The notes below the pieces were generated by a model that did no database searches, was not told the origin of the DNA, and was given only the letters and a program-made list of their open reading frames with translations. This document shows, piece after piece, positions 25,809 through 37,293 of a stretch of DNA of 64,000 nt; the first letter of the stretch is position 1; each line of letters begins with the position of its first letter. Position numbers and translations under genes: made by a program. The DNA is from Plasmodiophora brassicae (taxonomy: Eukaryota): the NCBI GenBank assembly GCA_036867785.1, contig CP145416.1:372001-436000 (forward strand), given 5' to 3'.

Positions 25809-27371
25809 TTAGGCCTTGGTGCCAGTGGCGGTGCCCAGCTCGACAGACCTGAGCGGCTCCTCCTGTTCCTTGACCTTCTGGTTGTAGAGATTGCCGAGCG
25901 ACACGGTACCGTACGTCCAGGTGCCGACCATGACGACGAGAAGCGCGACGAGCACCTCGACGATCGCACCGACTTCCTTGGTGGAGAAGCACGCCAGCAG
26001 CATGATCTGCAGGAACCCACCGCCCGACTTGCCGAGACGGGCGCCGACAACGTCGACGGCAGCCTTGGCTCGGCCACGATCCTCGCCGAGCGGGATGAAC
26101 GACATCTCTTTGGTCGGGTCGAAGAACGAGTACTTGCAGGACTTGGAGATAACGACGGCAATGTAGCCCAGGGCGACCAGGACGGCGGCGGGGCAGAACG
26201 AGAAGTACTTCTCGAGCATGAAGAGGCCCATGAACGGGATACCGACCGAGATGATGGACACCGGGGAGATCAGCGCCGTCTTCGTCCAGCCGATGCCACG
26301 GACAGCCTTGCCACCGACGAAAATCAGCAGGCACAAGGCGACAACACCGGTACCCAGCGAGAACGACCCGGTGAACATGAGCTTGTGGCCACGGTTCGGG
26401 AAGTAGTTCTTCCAGCTCTCCTTGTAGTAGACCTCGACAAAGTTGACAGAGATCCCGTACATGATGACCATGACGCCGATGAAGAAGACGTATCGCGACG
26501 TGAAGATGACCTTGAGACCTTCGGTGAACCCGAGCTTGACCTTCTTCTTCTTGCCGCCCGACTCGCTCTCCTGCTTGCACAGGCGCGGGTCATTCAGGAC
26601 GTTCTTCTGCATCCAGCGGTAGATACCGATGATGACGCAGCCGAAGAAGCACACCAGGCCCATCAGCAGGTACATGGCATCGCCGCCGGACGACTTCTTG
26701 GACTTGTCGTCGCTGGAAAGTGCACCCATCGTGATCAGGATCAGGCCGCAGAAGATCAGGGAGAAATTCGCGCCAATGTTGAACAGCGTGTAGAATCGCT
26801 TGGCCTCATCGGTACGGCAGATGTCGTTGGCGTATCCCCAGAAGAGGAGCGACAGGACGACACTGCCCCACAGTTCCGACATGACATACAGAAGCGCGGT
26901 CGACCAGTGGGCAACAATCATCATGACGGGTGCCAGGAACTGCGGGAACGTCGAGTTCGGGTCGCCGAGGACAGGCTTGCCGCTCTTCTGGGCGTTCGCG
27001 ATGTCCTGCTCGCTCGGCTTGATGTACGGGCTAACCCACTCGTCACCCGGCTCGATCTTGTCCTGAAGCGGGTACAGGACGGCGCCGTACAGGGCGAAGA
27101 ACCCGACGAAGAACGTCATCCAGGAGTAGAAGATGTTGGGCTTCGACATCTTCAGCGACATCTTGGTGTAGACAAGCATGACGATGATGGACGCGGGCAG
27201 CGTGAACACCAGCTTCAGGTACAGGATCGCGGAGGTCGCCATGGACTCGAGGACGAGGACATCCTTCAGGTCGCGCAGCAGCGTGTAGTTGAAGCAGATC
27301 AGGAACATCATGAGGACCATGGGAACCACCTTCTTGTTCTCATGGGGTTCGACCGGCCAAAGCGAACCCAT
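25809..27371 (-). CDS. TLC/NTT-family ATP/ADP (nucleotide) translocase
   Basis: Intronless, ~520 aa, ~12 TM. Motifs FNYTLLRDLKD, SELWGSVVLSLLFWGYANDI, EAKRFY, NFVEVYYK, KYSFFDPTKEMSFIPL, KAAVDVVGARLGKSGG. Confidence 0.95.
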   Translation of the reverse strand: MGSLWPVEPHENKKVVPMVLMMFLICFNYTLLRDLKDVLVLESMATSAILYLKLVFTLPASIIVMLVYTKMSLKMSKPNIFYSWMTFFVGFFALYGAVLYPLQDKIEPGDEWVSPYIKPSEQDIANAQKSGKPVLGDPNSTFPQFLAPVMMIVAHWSTALLYVMSELWGSVVLSLLFWGYANDICRTDEAKRFYTLFNIGANFSLIFCGLILITMGALSSDDKSKKSSGGDAMYLLMGLVCFFGCVIIGIYRWMQKNVLNDPRLCKQESESGGKKKKVKLGFTEGLKVIFTSRYVFFIGVMVIMYGISVNFVEVYYKESWKNYFPNRGHKLMFTGSFSLGTGVVALCLLIFVGGKAVRGIGWTKTALISPVSIISVGIPFMGLFMLEKYFSFCPAAVLVALGYIAVVISKSCKYSFFDPTKEMSFIPLGEDRGRAKAAVDVVGARLGKSGGGFLQIMLLACFSTKEVGAIVEVLVALLVVMVGTWTYGTVSLGNLYNQKVKEQEEPLRSVELGTATGTKA

Positions 27372-27479
27372 GGTTACGAGCGGACACTCGGAAAGAGGAA
27401 TGCAGTCCGGCGGACCCCGTGTGGTGGTGCAGCTCACCCACGGGGGCGACGGACTCCGTGACGGAGTTCCCTCCGACGG

Positions 27480-27487
27480 ATATATAT
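27480..27487 (-). promoter_or_regulatory. Possible TATA-like element upstream of the NTT gene
   Basis: atatatat run about 110 nt upstream of the ATG at 27371, in otherwise GC-rich DNA. Confidence 0.3.
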
Positions 27488-28048
27488 GCACCGGCCCCTA
27501 ATATTATTCCTGGACCAGCACACGGCGTCCGTTCCGGTCCAGATCACCTCAGGTTGTTGACTGTTGTCACCAGGCGTATATTATTAGAACACCTCCTCCG
27601 GATGACTCGCAAGACGTCGCGCGTCCACGGGGGCGCGACCTGTATCGGTGCGAGTGCCCAGGTGGGTGATGCGCAGGACGAGGGACAGGCAGGGCTACAC
27701 CGAATTGGGTGGAAACACGGTCGTCAAACGACGCGCATCGTCGCGAACAGAGGGCGTCGTCTGTTACGCATCCGCCGGCGCTCGGGTGCGGCCCTACTCG
27801 CATGACTGCCCTGGACCGATGCGCGGGCCTCCTGAACAAGAGCGCCCTGCCGTAAGGGAAGTGACCGCCGACAGAGACCTGGGCAATCGTGTCGGCCGCA
27901 GCCATGGCCTAATCATGGGCGCCTGGGCCGGGAGCCTATCGAGACTCAGACTTCAACACTACGTGCCGAGGTCGACATAGGGGTCCTAGCGAACGGCATA
28001 GGGGATAGCAGTACCCGTGTGCCGCCAAGCTGAGCGAATCTACAGTCG

Positions 28049-29569
28049 TCATGGCTTATTATCGCTCGGTTTGAACATGACGACGCGGAAGACGCTGTCG
28101 AGGGCGCGCCCGTTGAGCGCCAGCGCCCAGGCGAGCGTCCACCCCTGAGGGGACAGGAAATAGTCGTACGCCAGCGCGATGATGATGGCGCCGGTGCAGT
28201 ACAGGATCATGGACAGGGCTAGGCCCAACGTGCAGAACGCCATTCGCCGGAACACGCCGTTGATCTGGTCGTCGCGAATCGGCTTGTCGTCCGTGCAACA
28301 TCCGGCGGCGCCGTTCCCTGGGACGACCTTGTTGCCCGGTGTGGATCGGTTCTCGCGAATCGACGCGCTCGTCTCACGAAAGAACAGCAGCACACCGTAC
28401 AGCAGATGGCACCCGACCGTGAACTGGAGAATGACCTCGGCGCCGGCCATGAGCTCCTCCTGAATACCTGGTTTCGTGAGGGTGGCCTCGACGGCGGAGA
28501 ACCCCAGATCGGTCAGGACGACCGCGATGCACGTCCCGGTCAGCACGTTCGGGTAGTCGCCCCTGAGAACGCGCGTGATCATCGACGACCTGTGGCCGGG
28601 GACGATGGAGAACAGCTTCTTGTACCACATGGAGGCGGCCAGGAGCGAACAGGCGAACCCGAACCCGGACAGGCCTGGCGCGAAGAAGTAATGGACCCGG
28701 GGGGGCACGTTGGCCGTCGAGTACCAACCGCCAATGGCAATGACGAGCGCCAGGAGCGTCGAGGTGATGGCCTCGATCAGCAGGACGACGTGGACCGCCG
28801 AGATGCGCCTCGACAGCGAGACGGACGGCATCGAGCATCGGCGATTCGGGGATCGGTCCCGCACGATACGCTGGCGGACGATGAGCGCATGGCGAACGAG
28901 GAACACGCCGGCGGCGCAGCCGGCGCCCAGCAGCAGGGCGCTGGGTATGACACGCACGAACAGCAGGTAGTACCACGAGGCGAACATCGGGGCCCAGGCG
29001 TTCGTATCGGGCGACACCGACGCGGTCAGGTTCGTCGTCGACCGCATGCTGGCGAGCAGCGGGTCGCCGACGCCGACCACCACCATCAGCATCGAACGCG
29101 GACGAGGATCCGGGACGTGGTCGAGCAAGTTCGTCTTGTACCCGGGAAGCGCCCCGACCTCCCGCTCTGCATCCAAGGCCGGCGCTCAGCGGACGCGCGT
29201 TGTTCCCCACGCGAACCCGGGCTTACTCAGCAGGGCCAGGGTGCCCTTGTCGTCGAAGAGCGAGTACAGGCGCGTGTACGAGCAGGCGGTCGTGCCGCTG
29301 GTCAGCAGGACGGCCTTGCCGTGGACGACGGCGGCGTCAACGACGACGCCGCCGTCGCACGGGTCGCCGTCGAGTATGACCAGCGGCAGCGTAATTGCTG
29401 GGCGCCCGTCTTCCGGCTGCCACCCGAGGTACTGTGACGCCGCCAGGCACGGTAGGCTGACGTTGACGATCGCGCCGTCGGACAGCACCGAGACGTCCAT
29501 CCGTGCCCATGTGGCCCCGAGCAGCAGGATCGAGGCGGCGCCCCACAGGCCGGCCGCGTGCGGCCCCAT
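28049..29569 (-). CDS. Signal peptide + PA-like ectodomain + ~7TM membrane protein (GPCR-like)
   Basis: Signal peptide; DPCDG..VHGKAVLL..CSY..GTLALL resembles a PA domain. Intron ~29168-29226 (GTAAGC..TGCAG) joins it to an ORF with about 7 hydrophobic helices. Confidence 0.6.
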
Positions 29570-29742
29570 GAGCGGTGTCTGTCGCGGCGCGTTCGCGCCT
29601 TAACGTAAGGAAATGATCGCGATCGACCTGCGCGCTCACTTAAGGGCGGCCACCTCGTTATGGCGTCACTGCGAGCGACGGGTACCTGGCCTGGACTGAT
29701 GCGATGCATTTTATCATCGACTGAGACGCCTCATCTGACACA

Positions 29743-29758
29743 GGGGGGGGGGGGGGGG
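29743..29758 (+). repeat. G16 homopolymer in a divergent intergenic region
   Basis: Sixteen consecutive G. Confidence 0.9.
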
Positions 29759-29838
29759 CGACAAAGGTGCCGCTGGAACGTCGTACCCAGTCCCAGAGCC
29801 ACAGTGGAGCGAGTGGCACCGCCGCCCTACCCGTTGCA

Positions 29839-30897
29839 ATGGCGGCGTCATCGGCGAACGCGAATGCGACCGACAAGCACGACGGCAACGAGTACCTGGA
29901 GCGATCCGGCGTCGGCGTCTACATCCAGGACGCGCTGACGTTGCTGCTGGAGAACCGCCCCGAGCATCCGATCATGTTCCTCGTCGAATAGTACGTCCGC
30001 GTGCAGGCCACGCGCGAGCACACCTGAAGCGAACGTGATGTGCTGCACAGCTTCCAGGCGGCCGACAAGGTATCGTCGCCGCTGTCCAGGGCCTATCGGT
30101 ACATACGGATGACGCCCCGAGGCCGCCCTGCCTATCTGCCGAATCTCGCGTCGGCGTTCACCGTGCTGAACACGATGAGAAGTCATTCAGACCCGTTATG
30201 CGCCGCCGTTCGGCGTCTCTCTAACATCCTGGCTGTCGTACAGGCGGCCAGCGACCATGCGGGTTGACCGGGCGAGAGCTGACGAAACTGTTATACCTCC
30301 TGTCGAACGAGTTCCCCGTTGACGTCGTCGTCCCACTCATGCGGGTACGATCGCTCAGCTGACCCTGCTCTGGGCGCTTGGCTCTGACTGGCGCGCCCCC
30401 AGAGATTACGAAAGTTCGATTCCGACCTGATCGATATCCCTACGTTCACAGCGGCGATCAACGCGTGCTTGATCTATGAAGGTGTGTGTTTGTGCCGTCA
30501 TGCGTCTCTCGCAGGTGGCACGCATGCCACTGAACGACCGGCGTGCAACAGAGTTGTTCGACAAGCTTGAATGGCTGTTTAAGGGGTGCGACCCGCAGTC
30601 GACCGGGATGATCACGAGGGACAGGTTCGCCGAGATCGTCCAGGTCATGGAACTCGACGGCGACTGCAGGAAGCGGTACCGTCTGGCGATATGCCATCCG
30701 GGGATTTCCACAGCTGAACGGTGCCCTCGCTCAGTATCGCTAGCGGGAAACGTGACGACCCCGCCGGGAAGGCGGTGCTGACCTACCGGCAGTTCCTGTC
30801 AGCCATGCTCCAACTGGTCGACCTCCCGATGACCACGTTGGAGACGGATGCCGACCCGTCCGGTCAGCAGCAGCAGCAGCAGCAGCAGCAGTCATAA
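29839..30897 (+). CDS. TPGS1: Tubulin polyglutamylase complex subunit 1-like
   Basis: R2D2-like EYLERSGVGVYIQDALTLLLENRPEHPIMFLVEY, then LSRAYRYIRMTP..YLPNLASAF; ends in Q9-S-stop. Confidence 0.65.
30865..30891 (+). repeat. (CAG)9 trinucleotide repeat (C-terminal polyQ)
   Basis: Nine CAG units immediately before TCA TAA. Confidence 0.9.
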
Positions 30898-30948
30898 CGC
30901 TCATGGCTATACAATGTGTATTGGCGTCAAGCATCAAGGACTGTCCGA

Positions 30949-33900
30949 TCAGAAATTTTCCTAACGTTCGCCAACAGTGTCAGACCCGGTTCACGACGCG
31001 GCGAAGGCGCCGGAATCACCTTGTGAAGGCGGAAGAACGTCTTGGAATTGATGCTGCTGTAGCGAGCACATTGCAATCGCAGGTCTTTGGCGATGAACGG
31101 GTTGCCACAGTAGGCCACACCGATGTCGTTGGCGGCATGCCGGGTGGCGACCGTCTCGAAGTGTTCGTCCCAGTTCGGGCGCCCGTTATGTACGTGGATG
31201 TTGCCGAGTACGGTGGTCGCCTTCGGCGGGCACTTCAGCAGCATCAGCATCTGCATCTCGTCCCAGGGCGCTCGGACCCGCATGACGTTGTCGTCGAGGT
31301 TGCGCGGGCCCCAGAACTTGTCGTCGTCGACCACCTGGACCCGCACAGAGAGTCAGACCAGGTGGGCGACGTTCACAGGGACACCGTCGCCCAGGCACCG
31401 CAGTTGGTTTCGGAGCCGGGCAGTTGGCCGGCACCGACGTCACGAAGATGTGGAACTCGAACGTCTTTGTCCTGGCGATCTCGGGGTTGGCCGCCCACAG
31501 GTTGTGCGCCTACAGACGGTCGAATCAGGCGGCGCCGCTACGAGGGCAACGTGATCACCAGGTGACCTCGTCATCGACGGATTTCAGCATGCGGATGAAC
31601 CAGCGGAACGAGTCCAGTTCCTTGTACGCCACGACAAAGTAGAAGTAGGCGTGGTCGGGATACGAGCGCCCGATGCTGAACTTCCATCTGCAGCGGCAAC
31701 CTTATTACCGATCAGCGGCACGGTTTCGTACGCGTCGCCCCTACCGATAGTGGACGATGCTCTTCACAGTGGCGCACACGGGCGTCACCCCGATACCTGC
31801 GCCGATGACCATCGCGATCAGGTACTCGGAGACGTGCTGGGTCGGTGCGGAATGTGGCCCATAGACTCGAAACAGTTTGCGACCGTCTGGGCCGACGACT
31901 TTGCCGCGGCCGCGCGTCAGGTCGTTGTTGTTGACGAACGAGGCGAAGGACGCCCTGGCGGGCATCAGCATGGAGCAATAATCTGCCAAACGGGCCGTCC
32001 AGCTGGATCCGTCCTCCTGGCCCAGCACACGAATATGAACAGTGACATCCTGCTCTTGCGGCGCCGATGATATCGTAAACTATACGGGGCGGGGCGTTCG
32101 CCGGTCAGTGCATGAACGACAGCGCGGGGCAATACACACATACAGGGTGCCATTCGCCGACAGAGATATGGGGTGCGTTCAGGAACAGGTACTGGCCTTC
32201 TTTGTATCCGTTCGGGAACGCCGATTTCCTGTCAAATGCAAGGGCGATGACGTTACCTATCGCAGGAGGTTAAAGGGCACGCGATGGCGACGAAGCCAGC
32301 AGAAAGGACCCATGTTTGTAATGCTGGTGAGGGCGACGGTTCGGTACGCCGAAGACGCGCGGTAGATGCGCTCGAGGATGTAGATGGGCACGGTGATGAT
32401 CAAGCCCTTCCAGACGTTGCGATTGAACCCACCGCGCCCGTGGGGGATCAGCAGGACAAAGAACCCGATGAAGAAGTGGTGACTGTACCAGAAGATCTGC
32501 AAACAGCATTTGAGTCGGGCAGGGCCCAATGGCTGTCGCCCAGACTCACCTCGAAGTGGTGGTTCTTGACGTTGGCCGGAGCGGCCCCGTACATAAACAT
32601 CATGCAGATGAAGATACCGACGCCAGTCGTCCAGGGCCAGATCCCGTAAAACTGCCAGGTGTAATCCGGCGACAGACCGTAATTGACCAGGTGGGCCAGC
32701 GTGTGCATGACGCCGGCGAACAGCACCAGCCAGGCAACCATCTTGTGGAATTCCAGCGCCTTGTCAAGTGGAATGAACGCGAGTACGCGTCGAAGGATCC
32801 GCTGTGATCGTGTCTGCGTTGAAAGGCCTCTCTAAGCACAGCCTCTAACATTCGTTGCACGGGGGCACAGACCTGGGATTGGGTGGACAGATCGTACAGG
32901 TACCGTATGAACGTGCGACAGACAGGAAGCAGGATGAGAGCACAGTTGAAGTCGAGAACACCACCCCAGGCCTTCGCCCAGGCGACGAACTGCGAGGCGG
33001 CGAAGTTCGCTGGCATGGCGTCGATCGCCTGGAACCAGACGAACAAGACGTAAAAGAAGATTGCTGCGTTCGCGCCGATCCACAGCAGCAGCCAGACGAA
33101 CTCCCCGACTTGGTTATCTTCCCTGATCTTAGTCAGAAACCCACGGCTCCGTTTCTACGATGCGGACGACGCTCAGCCTGCGTTTAAAGTAGGAGACGCA
33201 CAATCGGACCTTGCCAGAGGTCCCATCAGATGCACTGGCGGGCTTCTTGCGGGACTCTTGAACAAACACTTCGCTCTTCAGGGACGAGTGCATGTGGGCA
33301 GCCGCCGTCAGCACCAACATCACGCCTGGGACCAGGGTCGTGATCGAGAAGACGGTCGGGACGGCGAGTCTGAACACTTGACATGAGCACACAAAGGCGA
33401 CGAACAACGGCGTGGTCCAACAGACACAGTGTAAATGATGGAGCGCCACGGGAAGTTGGTCGGCGACCTTCTCGTCCACCGGGCTTCGTAGATTGTTATC
33501 CCGGTGCCGATGACACTGCCCAGGGTGAAGTCAGCCAGCGACCGTTGCAGTAGTTCGGCAGACAAACATGGCGTAGATGTCGACAACGAGATCGATGAAT
33601 TTGAACAACGGCGCACCACCAGCGGCGAGCCAGTAGAACGCAACGGTGCCGGCACCGATAAGGCTCAAAGAGCATCCGACGGTCATGTTGCTTGCCCACA
33701 TGCCGAATCGCGTCTGCGAGTTTCTGAGCTCAGCGGCGGGGCCGACAACTTCAAGAGCGCCGCCCGCGTCCTGCTCAATACGCAACGACTGCGTATCCGA
33801 CCTATCAGCCGTCAGTCTGGGCACAAATGGGCATGGCAGCGACGTGACGCAGACCTCAGCGCGACGAAATCGCTCGGGAAGAACCCGCATTTGTAAGGGG

Positions 33901-34033
33901 CGCCCTGGATGCGACCCTCCCACCATCCCCGGCCGTCCTGCCTTTCAATCTCGACAACGTCGCCGGGTTTGATCGTCAGCTCGTGGTCGTCGTGGGCCTG
34001 GAACGACTGCGTCACGTCGGCCAGGAGCTTCAT
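30949..34033 (-). CDS. NADPH oxidase with N-terminal SH3 and p22phox-like domains
   Basis: SH3: FQAHDDHELTIKPGDVVEI..GWWEG..GFFPSDFV. p22-like: FGMWASNM..IYAIVIG..YE..RSIIYTVLAVP. NOX: LDFNCALILLPVCR, HKMVAW..HTLAH, FWYSHH..PHG, VYGPHSAP, GAGIGVTP, YCGNP, C-terminal HKENF. Confidence 0.9.
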
Positions 34034-34279
34034 CGCGCAATGTGTTTGACGAATGACTGGGCCATGCTGACGACGAGCGTCGCATATTTAAAAGCATTCC
34101 CGAATGCACAGGTTCCAGAACTAAACTTGGGACCCGTTAATATTCTCGAACGTTCGAACAAAGAAATGGTGCAACGGGCAAATGAGTCGAGTGCATGCGA
34201 TAACGAGCGCAGGTGGTCTTCCTTCACGGCCGCTGGGCCAACAATGGGACGACAACATGTATTCGCGAATTGCGTCATA

Positions 34280-35308
34280 TCAGCATTGCGAAAGACCAGG
34301 TCCGCCACAAGCGATACTCAGAATCACGTACACGACTACGAGGATGACGAATACCATTAAGGCGACGGCTTTCACGTTCTTCCACCACATCGATCTGCTC
34401 ATGAGGTAAGCGCCAATAAATATAGCACAGATGACCACACCGAACCGTTTGAGCACTGTTGCTCGTTTTCGAAACTGCAAGGCGCTCGCGTCAAGACGCT
34501 CCGACTTGTCAACCAGCAGTTCTGTTAAGTGTACAGCTGAATGTGCTGTGAACCCACACAGCGGAAGTGCCGTTTTACCAATTCGGTCGCCGCGTTCCAG
34601 GACCCGGTCAATATTCTCAACCTGCAATTAGGCGGATATCGTCACATCGCTGTGCACCCAGTGCCGGACGTTCACTAGCTAACCATGACATTCCGCGCCT
34701 GATTCAGCTCGCTCTGAACAGCACTGATCTTCGTCTGGCTCCGATTGAGCTTGTTGAAGTATTCCATGCGGTTGCGCAAGACTACCATGTGGACAAACGT
34801 TGGCGTGTACACTTACTGTCCCTGGCAACCTGGGGTACCATTGGAAAACTCTGCGTTGAACGCGTAAGCAATCGCTGTGTTCGCCGACGACCCATACGCA
34901 GCTGGACGGTCGTCAGAGCAGCGGCCGCGTGCACACATGTCCATACACGGGCATACATGTAAACCGTGCTTTGATGTCGTCAAGAAAATCGAAAGGGGAC
35001 TGGCACGATTGGTCGGCCATGCAAAGACAGGTAACGCCCTTCGAAATCAGGTAATGGAAGTAGTACCTGACGCCAACGACCATCATGCTGACGAAGCCAT
35101 CGCAGGCGCACCGCCGGCCGTACCCATCCAGGACATATGACGCGGGGCCCTGCTTCTGTGAGTCGATGCGGGACAGCAGGACGCGCGTGACCTGCGAAAA
35201 ATTCCCGGATACGCCCAGGGCGGCGTACTCGGCCAGAACGTCAGTGTCGCGTGCCACGAGCGCATACAGGATCCCGCCGTCGTCAGGCGACACGTCGCCC
35301 GCCGCCAT
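34280..35308 (-). CDS. VAMP7: Longin R-SNARE VAMP7-like
   Basis: ILYALVARDTDVLAEY..GNFSQV, ENIDRVLERGDRIELLVDKSERL, MWWKNVK followed by a TM segment. Confidence 0.93.
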
Positions 35309-35393
35309 TCGGAAACGGGAGCGTACACAGTGTACAACTGGCCAACAGGCGCAAAAAACACGTGTCGTGCCGTCGGCACTGCTGGTGTATTCG

Positions 35394-36905
35394 TTACATG
35401 ATTCCTGCGGCACTTAATCGTAGCTTAATGATCGTTTCAGTAACTTCGTCGAAGACGAGCGCGATGTTGTCGGGGTCGATGGCAGTGGTGAAATGGACCT
35501 TGGCCGGTATCAGGGGGCGCGGGCGGAGGTGCGGCTCGGATCGCGCTTACCTGGACAGATCGGGTTGAGGCGCCGGGCGGCCTGGGGGCTTCTCTGACGA
35601 TGTCCTGGTAGAGTTTCGACAGATATGTTGATACAGACGCGAACGAGTTTTCGCCTGGAAACGCTGGGACGTAATCCTTGAACGGGATCGTCTTCAGCTT
35701 CTTCTTCAGCATGTCTGGTGCGGCATTAGAATGGTGATTTGCATCTCACCGTCGTCGACAACGATCTACCTGTCTTGTTGAAGAAGACGACGAGGCCCGC
35801 ATTCGCCAGCTGTTCGTTGTTGACAATCTCTTTGAACACTGCCATACTCTCTTCTAGCCTGTTTGTTGCATTATCCTTTGGTACAATTAGGCCCTCCCGT
35901 AGTCATCACAAAGGGGTGTCGATGGCAAACCTCAAAGCATTTCTGGTCGTATTCTGCACAGGACAGTTGATCAAAACCAATCGCGTAAAACGAAAGGCAC
36001 GATTACCTGATGCCGCAACTACAAATAGCACTGCAGTAACACCAGAGAACTGCCCGATCCATTTCCTTCGCTCACTGTGGCCAACCGCCATCAGCGCATC
36101 CAAACGTTTTCCATTCGGTGTCCCGCAAGGCGAACCTTCTCTGGCCGCCAACGTCGACCAGGCGAATACCTGTGCCACCGCCACGAGTCAGACCGTTTCG
36201 TATCGGACGCACGTACCGTCTACCGACTCTTGTCGTCTTTCACAATCTTCTGGTCGAGGACGCCGGTCGTTCGTACGCGGAAGTTCACCAGATCCAGGCG
36301 ACTCGGTGTCCAGGACGGCTCGGCGATGATGGCGACTTTGTCCAGGAACACCTGCAGGTGGTCACCCAGGTGGTGTGCGTACCGGTTGTCGTACGCCTTC
36401 AAAATTCCAAGCGATGAGGGCCCCTCAGGCATTTATAGGTCGTGCGCCGTCACCTTCTGTGCTAACGGAGTCGCCCAGAACTGAGCAATGGCCACAGCCA
36501 GCTCTGGTGTCAGCGTTGACGGTCGTTCCTTAACACATGCCATCATTGGCTCCACCTCAGGAGGCAGAGGCTCTCCTCCGGCACACAGTTCCGCTATCGA
36601 CACCAGCTCTGCGCGCGCGCGCCGAATCACGATCCCAGTGAACAGCCCAACGTCTCATGTCGCTTACTGATGGTGTCTGCTATGATCATCGTCCGGATCG
36701 TTTGCGCGAACTCCTCGAGCTCCTTACTGGAGTATGGCGCGCCATGCAATAGGCGAAGCTGGCGGAACAGGGTGCTCTTGCCGGACTCCCCCGTACCGAG
36801 GAGCAGGACCTGGGGGACCTCACTGGCCTCCCGCTGTTCCACAGCGATCTGCTTGGCGATAACCCGATCCCGATCTCTATCAGGTGAGCGGACACAGCAG
36901 TCCAT
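35394..36905 (-). CDS. Heterotrimeric G protein alpha subunit (copy 1)
   Basis: [43 protein letters not shown]; multi-exon. Confidence 0.92.
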
Positions 36906-36944
36906 GTCTGGAACGCGCCCGTGCCGGATGTAACCGCCGCCCCA

Positions 36945-36980
36945 GACCTAATCGGAACACGACCTAATCGGAACACGACC
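36945..36980. repeat. 16-bp tandem repeat GACCTAATCGGAACAC x2.25
   Basis: Exact duplication about 40 nt upstream of the G-alpha-1 ATG. Confidence 0.85.
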
Positions 36981-37293
36981 GCCGCTAGTCAGGCACATGC
37001 TCCATGCAAGGGCCACCGTGACTCTGTGACTGCTGCCCCCGACGAGGTTCGGATGCCTGCGACAGCGCGCGAACCACGAACCTCCTGATGTTTTAAAATC
37101 AGACCCAGCGCTAGGCAGTGCCTGGCGACAATGTGGACGACAGCCCCCTCCGACACACCCGACCCTGTCGTTATCGCTCTTTTCGGCAGCTGGGCGTCCT
37201 GTTCGAGATGTCTTTATCCAACCACAATAAGCCGATAGTGCATGCTCCGCGCGCAGGTAGAGCAGGCGGCTGCGAAAACTCGGTCGAGTCGTC

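Noticed and set aside
25770-27461. 563-aa ORF antisense to the NTT gene
   Set aside because: A shadow of strong codon bias in the real gene; no recognisable domain.
29177-29190. Apparent frameshift or pseudogene in the 7TM gene
   Set aside because: Explained by a canonical GTAAGC..TGCAG intron that restores the frame.
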